Shown here piece after piece: positions 1 through 9,800 of a stretch of DNA of 56,033 nucleotides; position 1 is the first letter of the stretch; each line of letters begins with the position of its first letter. The notes under the pieces were generated by a model. The model searched no databases. It was not told the origin of the DNA and was given only the letters and a program-made list of their open reading frames with translations. The DNA is from Leptospira sp. (GTDB lineage: Bacteria; Spirochaetota; Leptospiria; Leptospirales; Leptospiraceae): contig JAWXAQ010000028.1 of the NCBI GenBank assembly GCA_034439575.1, forward strand, positions 1 through 56,033. The letters run 5' to 3'. The translations under genes were made by a program, and so were the position numbers.

Positions 1-720
1 GCTATCTGATTTATCTTTGTTATCTGATTTATCTTTGTTATCTGATTTATCTTTGTTATCTGATTTATCTTTGTTATCTGATTTATCTTTGTTATCTGAC
101 TCGTTTTCGCCACCACCATCGTCATTCGATTTCGGTGGATTTAAACAATTTTTTCTCCACTCAGGTAGATTCGTTATCCAGAGACGAACTTCCTTTCTCA
201 GCGTATAAGATTCATAGGCCTTTTGAAATTCAAATTTAAGAAATGAAAATAGGATACTATAGTAAAATTGTTTTTCTGAAAATTCCCACAAAACAAGAGT
301 TTCTTTATAGTCACAATCTTTGGAATTGAGAACGCTTTTCCCCCATTCAAATAATAACATTCCATCTAAGTGATATGCCTGCCAAAAAAACCTATGATTC
401 TTTAGGATCGATTGGCTAATTTCATGAGCTTCTGGGTAATTCTTTTGTTTGTTGTAGTTTAAAGCTAAATTAAATAAAGGGATCTCTTGACGAAAACTGA
501 AGGATATACTATCCAAAAAAGATTCTTCTGCATTTTGAAATGAATCTACATTGTAATGTTTAATTCCTGTTTGGTTTGGTTCAATTGAGGGATGATTAAG
601 CCTACGTATACCACAAGTATAAATACCAATTTGTAATAATAAAATAAAACCTATTATATAATACTTCCCTTTGTTCCAAAACGTAATGATTGCATCATTT
701 TCTGGCGATTTAATTTCCAA
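1..720 (-). CDS. BatC-like membrane-anchored TPR protein, truncated by the window edge (not in the ORF track)
   Basis: Manual translation from TTG at 720 is open to base 1: LEIKSPENDAIITFWNKGKYYIIGFILLLQIGIYTC (TM), a TPR-like LFNLALNYNKQKNYPEAHEISQSIL, then a D/K/S/N-rich repeat. It overlaps the end of the VWA gene, as expected for the next bat-operon gene. Confidence 0.75.
   Translation of the reverse strand, partial: MEIKSPENDAIITFWNKGKYYIIGFILLLQIGIYTCGIRRLNHPSIEPNQTGIKHYNVDSFQNAEESFLDSISFSFRQEIPLFNLALNYNKQKNYPEAHEISQSILKNHRFFWQAYHLDGMLLFEWGKSVLNSKDCDYKETLVLWEFSEKQFYYSILFSFLKFEFQKAYESYTLRKEVRLWITNLPEWRKNCLNPPKSNDDGGGENESDNKDKSDNKDKSDNKDKSDNKDKSDNKDKSDS
3..99. repeat. 18-bp tandem repeat (TATCTGATTTATCTTTGT)x5 plus a partial copy; encodes (SDNKDK)n on the minus strand
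   Basis: Exact units at 3-20, 21-38, 39-56, 57-74 and 75-92; partial unit at 93-99; no spacers. Confidence 0.95.
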
Positions 721-1825
721 GTTTCACCGCCTTGCGTATCCAAAGGAAATCATATAAAAAAAACAAGAAAGGTAAAATGAAAAATATATAACCTAAACTC
801 TGTTTGGAACCAGCTTCCCAGAGAAGGATCTGTTCTTTATCTTTTCCCGATTCAATCGCGGTAATGATTTCTTCAATGCCACTTGTGCCAAGTGAAGTCT
901 GGACAAATTCTCCCCTCGTAGAATCGGCAATACTTTTTAAAAATGCAAAGTCAGGTATACTTTTCCTTTTTTGAACACTCACTGTCGAAGTTGCCTGATA
1001 AATTTTTCCAGCCGCATCACCACTCACTTCATCCTTTGAATCTACTTGATCGAGTAAATTAAATACAAGTTCTATCTCAGCACCGTCCGGTTTTCCGAGT
1101 GCGACGACATGAATTGGTATTTTTAAACGAGAGAAAGTTTTGATCCGCTCCAATGCTTTGGCTTTTTCTTCTTCTGAGGCATCACCATCTGAATACAGAA
1201 CTACTTGAAATCCTTCGCCCAGGTATTTGGAAGAAGAGATCAATTCAGAAAAAACAGCATCATAATTTGTCCCGCTATAGAATGTGTTATGTGAACCCAT
1301 TTGATCAAATATAATTTTATGAATCCAATCTTTATCATTTAATGGATGTGAATGCTGCACTGCCGTCCCGGCAAAGGTAAAAATACCAAAGGATACATCT
1401 TCCATTCGTTTATTCAGTTCTATTGAATGAAATCTTGCTTCTTCAAATCTATATCTTGGAACAAAAGAATACCCTTCATTATTAGTAGCATCATATGCAT
1501 CCATACTCCAAGATCCATCAAAAACAAGATATACGGACGTTTGTTTGGTTTGAAATTCAGCGTCTCCAGCTTTGTAAGGATAGGCAAGAGTCACTACGAT
1601 AGATAAAAATGCCAAACATGAAAAAATTTGATATATCCAAAACCGAATAAGACTAACATCACCATTTTCACGCTTTGTGATAAGTTGAGTCAATTTATCA
1701 TACTTTGAAGGATGAACTGAACCTTGGATTTCTTTAATGGCAAAGTACTGCCTTCGGATATTCCAAATACAAAATGCTAAAGAAAATGGAACTAACAATA
1801 GTAAAAGTGGATAAAAGAATTCCAT
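710..1825 (-). CDS. BatB-like VWA domain membrane protein
   Basis: Two N-terminal TM segments, MIDAS DGSWS, SDGD motif, C-terminal TM. The ATG at 1825 overlaps the upstream TAA (TAATG), so it is preferred over 1849. Confidence 0.8.
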   Translation of the reverse strand: MEFFYPLLLLLVPFSLAFCIWNIRRQYFAIKEIQGSVHPSKYDKLTQLITKRENGDVSLIRFWIYQIFSCLAFLSIVVTLAYPYKAGDAEFQTKQTSVYLVFDGSWSMDAYDATNNEGYSFVPRYRFEEARFHSIELNKRMEDVSFGIFTFAGTAVQHSHPLNDKDWIHKIIFDQMGSHNTFYSGTNYDAVFSELISSSKYLGEGFQVVLYSDGDASEEEKAKALERIKTFSRLKIPIHVVALGKPDGAEIELVFNLLDQVDSKDEVSGDAAGKIYQATSTVSVQKRKSIPDFAFLKSIADSTRGEFVQTSLGTSGIEEIITAIESGKDKEQILLWEAGSKQSLGYIFFILPFLFFLYDFLWIRKAVKLGN

Positions 1826-2817
1826 TATCTGATAGGACTCCTCACCCAAATACTTGTTCCAAATATAAAAATGAAAAAGGATAAAAGTGTGATTATGTAA
1901 ATTCCAAAAGACAATGAGATTTTTTCTTTTACTGTTTTCATCTCCAAAGGATGTTTTTCGATTTCTGCAATTTCTTTTAAAATGGATTTTAGTGATTCAC
2001 CTTCTTTGGCACGATAATATACTCCACCACCTGTCGATGCGATTTCTTTTAAACTAACATCATTTAAACTAGTCACTACCTGTTTTCCATCAGCACCGAT
2101 AAAGGGATCTCCATCAGATTCAAAAACTGGAATGGGTTCAGCTCCTGCAATCCCAACTATGTAAATATGAATTCCGCTTTGTAAGGCAGACTTGGCGGCT
2201 AATATCGGATCTGCGCCACCAGTATTTTCGCCGTCTGTAATTAATAAAATTGCTTGTTCGCGAGTATCGATTTTAATGCGATTGAGCTCTTCTCTGGAAA
2301 ACAATATCGCATCACCAATGTTTGTTCCACCTGCTTTGTTATGATCAATGGTTTGAAAATGAATGCCATCCACAGCCTTTTGCAGAGCAGTTTTATTATT
2401 AGTAAATGGATAATGTAGAAATACTTTCCCACTAAAAACGATAATGCCTGTTCGATTACCACGTAAACCATCCAGATACTCTATGACGAGTTTTTTCATG
2501 GCTTCCAATCGATTCGGTAAAAAATCGGCGGCTTGCATACTCGCTGATAAATCTAATGTGATGGCTAGATCAATTCCTTCCAATTGAATCGATTCTCGAT
2601 TCATTAAAATATTTGGTCCCGATAATCCCAATACCAAAGAAATATAAAGAACGAGTTCAGAATACTTTGTCATCTTTTCTTTGAACGAAGTTGTGGGAAA
2701 TTTACCATGTAACCAAGCAATAGGTGCAAAGGGAACTATGCTAGATTTGTATCCATTTTTTTTGACCCAATAGATCAGAGGAAGAAGGAGAAGTGCCCAA
2801 GGAAAATCAAAACTCAC
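1825..2817 (-). CDS. batA: BatA-like VWA domain protein
   Basis: N-terminal FDFPWALLLLPL; DLSASMQAADF.PNRL; GGTNIGDAI; ILLITDGENTGG; GTGA overlap with the upstream gene. Confidence 0.85.
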   Translation of the reverse strand: MSFDFPWALLLLPLIYWVKKNGYKSSIVPFAPIAWLHGKFPTTSFKEKMTKYSELVLYISLVLGLSGPNILMNRESIQLEGIDLAITLDLSASMQAADFLPNRLEAMKKLVIEYLDGLRGNRTGIIVFSGKVFLHYPFTNNKTALQKAVDGIHFQTIDHNKAGGTNIGDAILFSREELNRIKIDTREQAILLITDGENTGGADPILAAKSALQSGIHIYIVGIAGAEPIPVFESDGDPFIGADGKQVVTSLNDVSLKEIASTGGGVYYRAKEGESLKSILKEIAEIEKHPLEMKTVKEKISLSFGIYIITLLSFFIFIFGTSIWVRSPIR

Positions 2818-3371
2818 TTTTGTTTACCTTTCGTTTTTAATGACCGAACACGTTGAATATAGGAAAGAGCAGTCTCCAGTTTCGGTTCGTTTAATTGGTA
2901 TGAGGAAAATACGATTTCCGCATAAAGATCTTTAGGTGCTTCGAGTTTCACTTTTGGATTTGTTAAGATATCAGTCCAAGGAGCAAAAGGAGTCTTATTG
3001 TTTTTTTTAAGATAATATTCTAATGATACTTTTTCAAATTCGCCTTTAATATTTTTTCCTCTTATGTATTTACTTAATTCTATGATCGCCAAACGAGGGT
3101 TTGTTTTGGCCAATTCTTCTATCTCTGATAATCTTTTAAGTGGCTCTTCAAAAAAATGGTAAATTTCTACATCATCCGAATTTACTGTCTTTGTAATAAC
3201 TTGTTTTGGTTTCAATGAAGCAATCCAAGTCAAAAACCAGCGTAGAAGTAAAAATAAAATCGCGATGACCCAGGGTAATGCAAGTAGGATCGGCAAGATT
3301 GTTTTTAAAAAAAATATTTCTCCTTCGGAAAGTATGGGTAGTGGTTCTAAAAATCCTTTCGTTAATTCCAT
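2814..3371 (-). CDS. Single-TM hypothetical protein in the MoxR/VWA operon (DUF4381-like position)
   Basis: One hydrophobic segment followed by a helical domain; lies between DUF58 and batA with tight junctions. Confidence 0.65.
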   Translation of the reverse strand: MELTKGFLEPLPILSEGEIFFLKTILPILLALPWVIAILFLLLRWFLTWIASLKPKQVITKTVNSDDVEIYHFFEEPLKRLSEIEELAKTNPRLAIIELSKYIRGKNIKGEFEKVSLEYYLKKNNKTPFAPWTDILTNPKVKLEAPKDLYAEIVFSSYQLNEPKLETALSYIQRVRSLKTKGKQK

Positions 3372-3374
3372 GGA

Positions 3375-4250
3375 TTAGGAAATCCTTGCTTTTCTTGCAA
3401 AAAAATGACCAAGTGTTTTGCCAACGGTAATGTTTGTTGGGAAAGATTCAAAACTTAATCCATATTTTATAGAAATATCTTTAAGATGAGATTCCTGTTC
3501 TTCCAAATTGCGAAGTAGATTTGTATTTCCCATTATCTGATGGCTCAAATTTTCAGGATCTTGGTAGATAAATTTTAAATATTTTTTTTTGCTATATTCG
3601 AAAGGATCATAAACATGCATCATCGCCAAATCATGTGAACTTACCAAATAACGCATATCATCTGGTATATCCAAATCAATAAAATCCGATATCAAAAAAA
3701 CTACAAATCGATGACCTTTCTTTTTTTGTAAAGCATGTATCGCCGAACGCACATCAGTTTTTCCAGCGCTTACCGGATTGTCTCTAAAATGTACAAGTCT
3801 TTCCAACATTTGGTATAATTGTTTAGAACCTGTCTTTGCGGGGGATTGCGCCAAGACTTGATCTTGAAATATCACATAGCCCAATCTATCTCCTGACTTA
3901 ATTGTGCTATAAGCAAGAGTTGCCGCCATTTCAATCGCATATTCGATTTTTGTTTTTTCTTGCCAGCCCGAATACATGGATGGACTTACATCAATGGCTA
4001 TGTAAATATTTCGCTCTCTTTCTTCTTGAAATATTTTTACATACGGTTCCCCGAGCCTTGCCGTCATATTCCAATCAATGAGTCGTATAGATTCTCCTGT
4101 AACATATTTTCTTGCTTCTTTGAATTCCGTTCCTTTGCCACGAATTTCCGTTAAATAATGACCATCTAACACTGACGTAGCATTTTTTTTTGAAACAAGT
4201 TCCAATAAATGGACTTTCTTTAATATTTCAATGGTCTTACTTGTATTCAA
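3375..4250 (-). CDS. DUF58 family protein (MoxR-associated VWA-like)
   Basis: GKGTEFKEARKYVTGESIRLIDWNMTAR, DVSPSM and FLISDF motifs. Confidence 0.9.
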   Translation of the reverse strand: MNTSKTIEILKKVHLLELVSKKNATSVLDGHYLTEIRGKGTEFKEARKYVTGESIRLIDWNMTARLGEPYVKIFQEERERNIYIAIDVSPSMYSGWQEKTKIEYAIEMAATLAYSTIKSGDRLGYVIFQDQVLAQSPAKTGSKQLYQMLERLVHFRDNPVSAGKTDVRSAIHALQKKKGHRFVVFLISDFIDLDIPDDMRYLVSSHDLAMMHVYDPFEYSKKKYLKFIYQDPENLSHQIMGNTNLLRNLEEQESHLKDISIKYGLSFESFPTNITVGKTLGHFFARKARIS

Positions 4251-4264
4251 AAAATATTCCTTTA

Positions 4265-5236
4265 TTATGCGGGGGCTTTGATCGTAGATAAAATTTTCAA
4301 TATCAAATCTTCCGATTTCATCCCCTCAGCTTCCGCCATATAATTCAGTGCCACTCTATGCCTTAACACAGAAAGTGCCATAGAACGAACATCTTCGGCG
4401 GATACAAAATCTCTTCCATGCATAAGTGCCACCGAACGCGCAGTTTGCGCAAGTGCAAGCGATGCCCTAGGTGATGCTCCATGCAATATCCATTGTTTAA
4501 AATCACTAAGTCCGTATTCTTCTGGATTTCTCGTGCTTAATACAATTTGTGCAATGTAATCAATAAGACTGTCTTCTAAATGAATGGTTCTCGTTAACTC
4601 CTGTAAGGTCAGAATCTCTTTATCGGTAAAGATAGGATTTAGTTCTGGAACAACGACTTCCTTCACCACCATCTTTACAATCAGTGCCTCTTCTTGTTTT
4701 TTTGGATAACCCACTATCAGTTTTAATAAAAATCGATCCAATTGCGCCTCAGGAAGTGGATAAGTCCCCTCTTGTTCAATAGGATTTTGTGTCGCAAAAA
4801 CAAGAAACGGAAGAGGAAGTGCACGAGTCTCTTCGCCTACAGTGATTTGGCGCTCTTGCATAGCTTCCAAAAGTGCAGATTGTACTTTTGCGGGAGCCCG
4901 ATTGATTTCATCCGCTAGAATGAAATTCCCGAAAATCGGTCCATATTGGTTTTCAAAAGTGGCCTTGGATTGATTGAAAATTCTTGTTCCGACAATATCT
5001 GCGGGCAATAGATCGGGAGTGAATTGAATGCGGCGAAAGTCAACTTTGCACACTTGCGAAAGTAAATTGACAGCACGCGTTTTGGCAAGCCCCGGCAATC
5101 CTTCAATCAACACGTGCCCGTTTGCCATCATGGCAATGAGCAGACCATCGACCAATTCCTCCTGACCTACGATTCCTTTATGAATTTCCTTTCTTGCCTC
5201 ACCTAGTCTTTCACTTGCTTCTTTAACCGATTTCAA
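4265..5236 (-). CDS. moxR: MoxR family AAA+ ATPase
   Basis: Walker A GLPGLAKT, RIQFTPDLLPADI, ADEINRAPAKVQSALLEAMQE, ATQNPIEQEGTYPLPEAQLDRF. The TTG at 5236 follows AGGGG and is a more likely start than 5338. Confidence 0.93.
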   Translation of the reverse strand: MKSVKEASERLGEARKEIHKGIVGQEELVDGLLIAMMANGHVLIEGLPGLAKTRAVNLLSQVCKVDFRRIQFTPDLLPADIVGTRIFNQSKATFENQYGPIFGNFILADEINRAPAKVQSALLEAMQERQITVGEETRALPLPFLVFATQNPIEQEGTYPLPEAQLDRFLLKLIVGYPKKQEEALIVKMVVKEVVVPELNPIFTDKEILTLQELTRTIHLEDSLIDYIAQIVLSTRNPEEYGLSDFKQWILHGASPRASLALAQTARSVALMHGRDFVSAEDVRSMALSVLRHRVALNYMAEAEGMKSEDLILKILSTIKAPA

Positions 5237-5384
5237 TGAATTTATACCCCTATCTTGCCCTTCGAAGGTAACACTAATATCAGAAAATAAGGACAATTTC
5301 AAGGAAAATCTGTCCTTCCGAAAAAGCAAAAGCCCCATCGGATAAAAAATTTTACTTTTTAGGGAAATGGATAAAAAAAAGTTC

Positions 5385-5413
5385 TTGCCATAATTTTGCC
5401 AATGTTCTACAAC
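5385..5413 (+). promoter_or_regulatory. Putative sigma70 promoter of hydrolase copy 1
   Basis: TTGCCA-17 nt-TACAAC, 56 nt before the ATG; mirrored upstream of copy 2. Confidence 0.5.
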
Positions 5414-5440
5414 AATTGAAGCGAAACATTGGAGAAAAAA

Positions 5441-6262
5441 ATGACAAAGCGAACACGAATTAACACACTTACAGCACTTTTCACGCTCATACTAGCGGGA
5501 TCCCTAAGTGCACAGACATATACAGTATTTATCCACGGTAAATCTGGATCGAACCACAATGGCGTTGGTACAACTGACGTAAACAATTACTGGGGTTCAT
5601 CTACAAATAGCGTCGGCGGATCAAAAATCTTCATCGGTTATGATGGAACTACTGACCCAAGAACTTATGGTTCTTCTCGTGCACAAACAAACATCACTAC
5701 TGGGCTTACAAACTACTGTAAAAACGGTAAATCTTGTAAAATCGTGTGCCATTCTGCAGGTTGTTATGCAATCGAGTTTTGGTTGTCAAATTTAGGTGGA
5801 ACTGCTTCTTCTAAAGGTTTCGCACTTACAAAAGTAACAGCTCTTGCTGCTGCTTCTGGTGGATCAGAACTTGCTTCTGCTCTTAATGGTATCACTTTTG
5901 GTTTCGCTGGAAACGCAATGGACAAAGCTCTTATCGTTGGAACTGCACGTGGTGCTTTCAACCATAACAACACTGGTTCAGTTGGTGTGTATCATGTTCC
6001 TGGTTACAAAGGAATGTTTGGTGCTTCTGCGATTCTTCCAGGCGAAGATGACTATGCTGTCGCTTACCACTCTTCTTGTGGTTACAATAGAACAGGTGGT
6101 CTAAGCAAATGCCAATCTCCTAACACTCAAAGTGAAGGTATCTGGCCATTCAATTCAAATGTAACTTATTATCAGTATTCTGGTCACTACAGAGCTCCTT
6201 CTGTAGGAAGCTCAGGACTTTATCTTGATCACAGCCAAATTAAGAACGAAGGCTGGAGATAG
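5441..6262 (+). CDS. Secreted alpha/beta hydrolase (lipase/esterase-like), copy 1
   Basis: GGAG RBS, signal peptide ending LSA/Q, FIHG oxyanion motif, CHSAG nucleophile elbow, DDYAV acid, LDH histidine, six Cys. Confidence 0.8.
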   Translation: MTKRTRINTLTALFTLILAGSLSAQTYTVFIHGKSGSNHNGVGTTDVNNYWGSSTNSVGGSKIFIGYDGTTDPRTYGSSRAQTNITTGLTNYCKNGKSCKIVCHSAGCYAIEFWLSNLGGTASSKGFALTKVTALAAASGGSELASALNGITFGFAGNAMDKALIVGTARGAFNHNNTGSVGVYHVPGYKGMFGASAILPGEDDYAVAYHSSCGYNRTGGLSKCQSPNTQSEGIWPFNSNVTYYQYSGHYRAPSVGSSGLYLDHSQIKNEGWR

Positions 6263-6286
6263 AATCTTTCTAAATTCTCCCTTGGG

Positions 6287-6317
6287 AAAGGTCAGCTTCA
6301 CGCTGGCCTTTTTTTTT
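6287..6317 (+). terminator. Rho-independent terminator
   Basis: AAAGGTCAGC-TTCAC-GCTGGCCTTT followed by a T run. Confidence 0.85.
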
Positions 6318-6412
6318 AATTTTTGGTTTTAAAACAAAACCTCGCCTCACAGAAAATCTCTTCCAAAAAAATATTGACTAAGTTAAGGAAATGAACTTTC
6401 CTTTTAGTCCGC

Positions 6413-6826
6413 GTGACTCCTACAAATCAAAAATCGAATAAAGCGATCGTTTGTGTCGATGATGAAGCCATTATATTAATGTCTTTAAAATCACAGATTA
6501 GAAATGCGTATAAAGATCGTTTTGTGATCGAGACAAGTTTCTCTGCGGAAGATGCTCTAGTCATAGTAGATGATTTAATGACCACCGGTATCAAAGTGAT
6601 CATACTTATTTCCGATTGGCATATGCCCAATATGAAGGGAGATGAACTTTTTACGATCATTGCAAATAAATACCCAGATATCAATCTACTGATGATCACA
6701 GGCCAAGCAGATCAAAAGACGATTGATTCATTAAAAACAAATATTAGCAAATTTACCTTTTTTCAAAAACCTTGGGAAATCACCGAACTTATAAATTACA
6801 TAGATCAGACGGATAGAATGAACTGA
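6413..6826 (+). CDS. Single-domain response regulator (receiver only)
   Basis: VDDE acidic pocket, ISDWHMP phospho-Asp, ITG and KPW motifs; no output domain. Confidence 0.9.
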   Translation: MTPTNQKSNKAIVCVDDEAIILMSLKSQIRNAYKDRFVIETSFSAEDALVIVDDLMTTGIKVIILISDWHMPNMKGDELFTIIANKYPDINLLMITGQADQKTIDSLKTNISKFTFFQKPWEITELINYIDQTDRMN

Positions 6827-6836
6827 GTCATTATGT

Positions 6837-9800
6837 ATGCGCATTCAAAAAATTGAAACTAGTGAGAAAATCTTAGAATCCAATGAATTTTTATTATACC
6901 GCGGGATCAATTCAGAAACAAAAGAAATTGTTTTAGTTAAAATAGCGGAAGTCACATCTGCAATTTTTAAACTTAAAAATGAAATTGATGTATTAAATAA
7001 TTATAATATTGAAAGCGCACCTGAAATTATAGAATCAAATCTAAACACGGCAAATCCCTATACTATCTATAAGAATATTCCTGGCGTCATTCTTACAAAT
7101 TTAATTGAAATTATTAATAATGGCCCATTCGATAAAATATGTGATACTTTTATATGTCTAGCTACTTCCCTACAAAAAATACACAAACAAAATGTGATTC
7201 ACAATGGAGTTCTTCCTTCCAATATCTTGTACGATAATACAAAGAACAGTTGTGCTTTTATAGATTTTGGATCTGCTTCTGAATTTGACTTTAAGATTAG
7301 AGATCAAATACTTACAAACGTCCATACAGCCAATTTGCGTTATATAGCACCAGAACAAACAGGTAGAATCAACAGATCCATCGATCAAAGGAGTGATCTC
7401 TATTCCTTGGGTATTATATTTTATGAATTATTAACTGGCAATACACCATTTAACAGTGCAGATCCGATTGAATTAATTCATTTTCATATTTCAAGAATAC
7501 CCGAACCTCTAAAAAGTAAAAGTTTTGAATTAGATAAAATAATACATAAACTAATTTCCAAAAATCCAGAAAATCGATACCAATCAACCTACGGATTGTT
7601 ATATGATTTAAAACGAGTGAAAAGTGGAGAAACTAATTTTGAAATTGCAAGTAAAGATTATTCTTCAAGATTGCAATTAAATGAAACTCTCTATGGGCGC
7701 ACAAATGAAAAGGATCTTATATACTCACTTTTGGAAGATACTTCAAATAACAGAAGTAAAACTAATTTTCTAATTCTGTTTGGTGGTGCAGGGCAAGGTA
7801 AATCAAGTCTTATCGAAGAAATATTAAATGAAACCATTTTAAAAAAAGGATATTTCCTTAGAGGAAAACACGATCAAATCCTGCAAAATATTCCATACTC
7901 AAGCTTATCTCAAATTCTTAAAAAATATGTAGAAGTTTTGTTATCACAGAAAACAGAAATTCAAAATGATACAAAAGAAAAACTTCGGTTAGGTTTAGAA
8001 GATAATGCGGGAATTATCACTTTACTAGTTCCAGAAATGGAGTTATTGCTTGGGAAACAACCAGTACCCTTTGCCCTAGAGGGGCAGGAAGCGCTCAATC
8101 GATTTAATTCTATTATTTTAATATTATTTAAACTAATGGCTTCCATCGCCAAACCATTGGTCATCGTCTTTGATGACATCCAATGGGCGGACTTGGCCAC
8201 TATCAAATTGATAAACAATATTCTACTAGAAAAATACATCCCAGGTTTATTTATCATTTTAAGTTCTCGAGTGAAATCAGAACTCACAGCTATTCACTTC
8301 AAAACGTTCTTAGATCAAGTAGAAAATCTTTCCTATTTAAATATAATCGAACTATATGACTTAAAAAAAATTCACACAAAAAATTTACTCAAGGATGCGA
8401 TAGGTGAAAGCGCAGAAGAATTTGAATCCTTGGTGGATTTTCTTTTTACCACAACGAACGGAAATCCCTTCTTTACAAAAGAACTATTAAAAGAATTAAT
8501 CATACACAAAGCTTTGTATTTTGATTATTCGAAAGAATCATGGTGTTTTAATAAATCTATCATTCAGAATATTTCCATCGGAGAAACGATTTTAGATTTT
8601 ATAGAATTTCGTTTAAAATCTTTATCTACTGACACATTGAGTTTTTTAAAATTGGCTTCGTGTGAAGGTCTCACTTTTGATCTCCATTCATTTACAAACT
8701 TTGAAAATTTCACTATAGACAGTCTTTTGTTATTCGCCAAAGAAGCAACGAAAGCGGGAATCATTTTCCCCAAAGGAAATTCAAAAGATAATACATGTTA
8801 TTCATTTTTACATGACCGTATTCTCCAAACAACATATCAATTGATCACACCAAATGAGAAAATTAAATTTAATTTTCATTTAGCAGAATACTACAAAAAG
8901 AATTTTCCAGATTCAAAAATTATAGATATTTGCAACTTTTATACCCAAGCTATTGAACTATTAGTAGACAAAACACAAATCGAAGAATTGATCCATCTTC
9001 ACTACAAAGCAATATTATACGCTAAAAAAAATATAGCTTACGATTTGGGTTTATCTTTAGCGAACACAGCGTTAACTTTTTTACGACAGATTGATTCAAA
9101 AGATGAAGAATTGGAATTTTCGATTCGAGAAGAGTATGGATGGTTTTTATTTGCTACAGGGAATTTCGAAGAAGGAGAAAAAGTTTATCTAGAGCTTATT
9201 GATAAATGTAAAAACCTGAGAGTTTATTCTAGATTGAACATCATTCGTATGGGTTCGCTTGCGAGTAGATCACGAATTTTTGATTCCGTAAATTTAGGGC
9301 TAGAAGTATTGCACAAACTGGGCGTTCATATTCCTGAATCGGAAGAGGAACGAGGTGCCATGTTTTTGTCTGAATATGGAAAAATTCTACATTTTTTAGA
9401 AACACATAAGCCTAACGATTTGGTAAAACTAAACAGAATGGATGATGAGATTCAAATCATTATCCAACAAATTTTATCCAGACTTCTTATCCCGACAATA
9501 TTATCTGCTCAACTAACACTTCTAGGTATATTAACGTGTATTTCTATCACTCTTGTTATAGAAAATGGTGCGACAGATTTGGTGGCTTATGCCTATGCAC
9601 TTTTTGCCGTAACGATTATCAACATCAAACAAGACTATAAAACTGGCGTGGAATTTGGTGAAATTGCAATCGAAGTAAGCCAGTGGAACCATAACAAGGC
9701 ATTGATGGGAGGTGTTTTCAATACTGTAGGTTGTATTACAAATCACTTAAAATATCCAGCCATTGATAATGAAAGATTATTTCAGTTGAGTAGTAAATAC

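Noticed and set aside
3-99. CRISPR array
   Set aside because: Units are contiguous with no spacers, and there are no cas genes; it is a coding VNTR.
17-208. Plus-strand 63-aa ORF (LSDLSL repeats)
   Set aside because: Antisense shadow of the minus-strand BatC-like gene.
5385-5401. Sigma54 promoter reading of TTGCCA...TTGC (also at 12766)
   Set aside because: Lacks the invariant GG at -24, and the spacing differs between the copies.
5764-6104. Alternative-frame ORFs in the hydrolase genes (also 13133-13342)
   Set aside because: Their recurrence simply reflects the paralogous sense-strand genes and codon bias.
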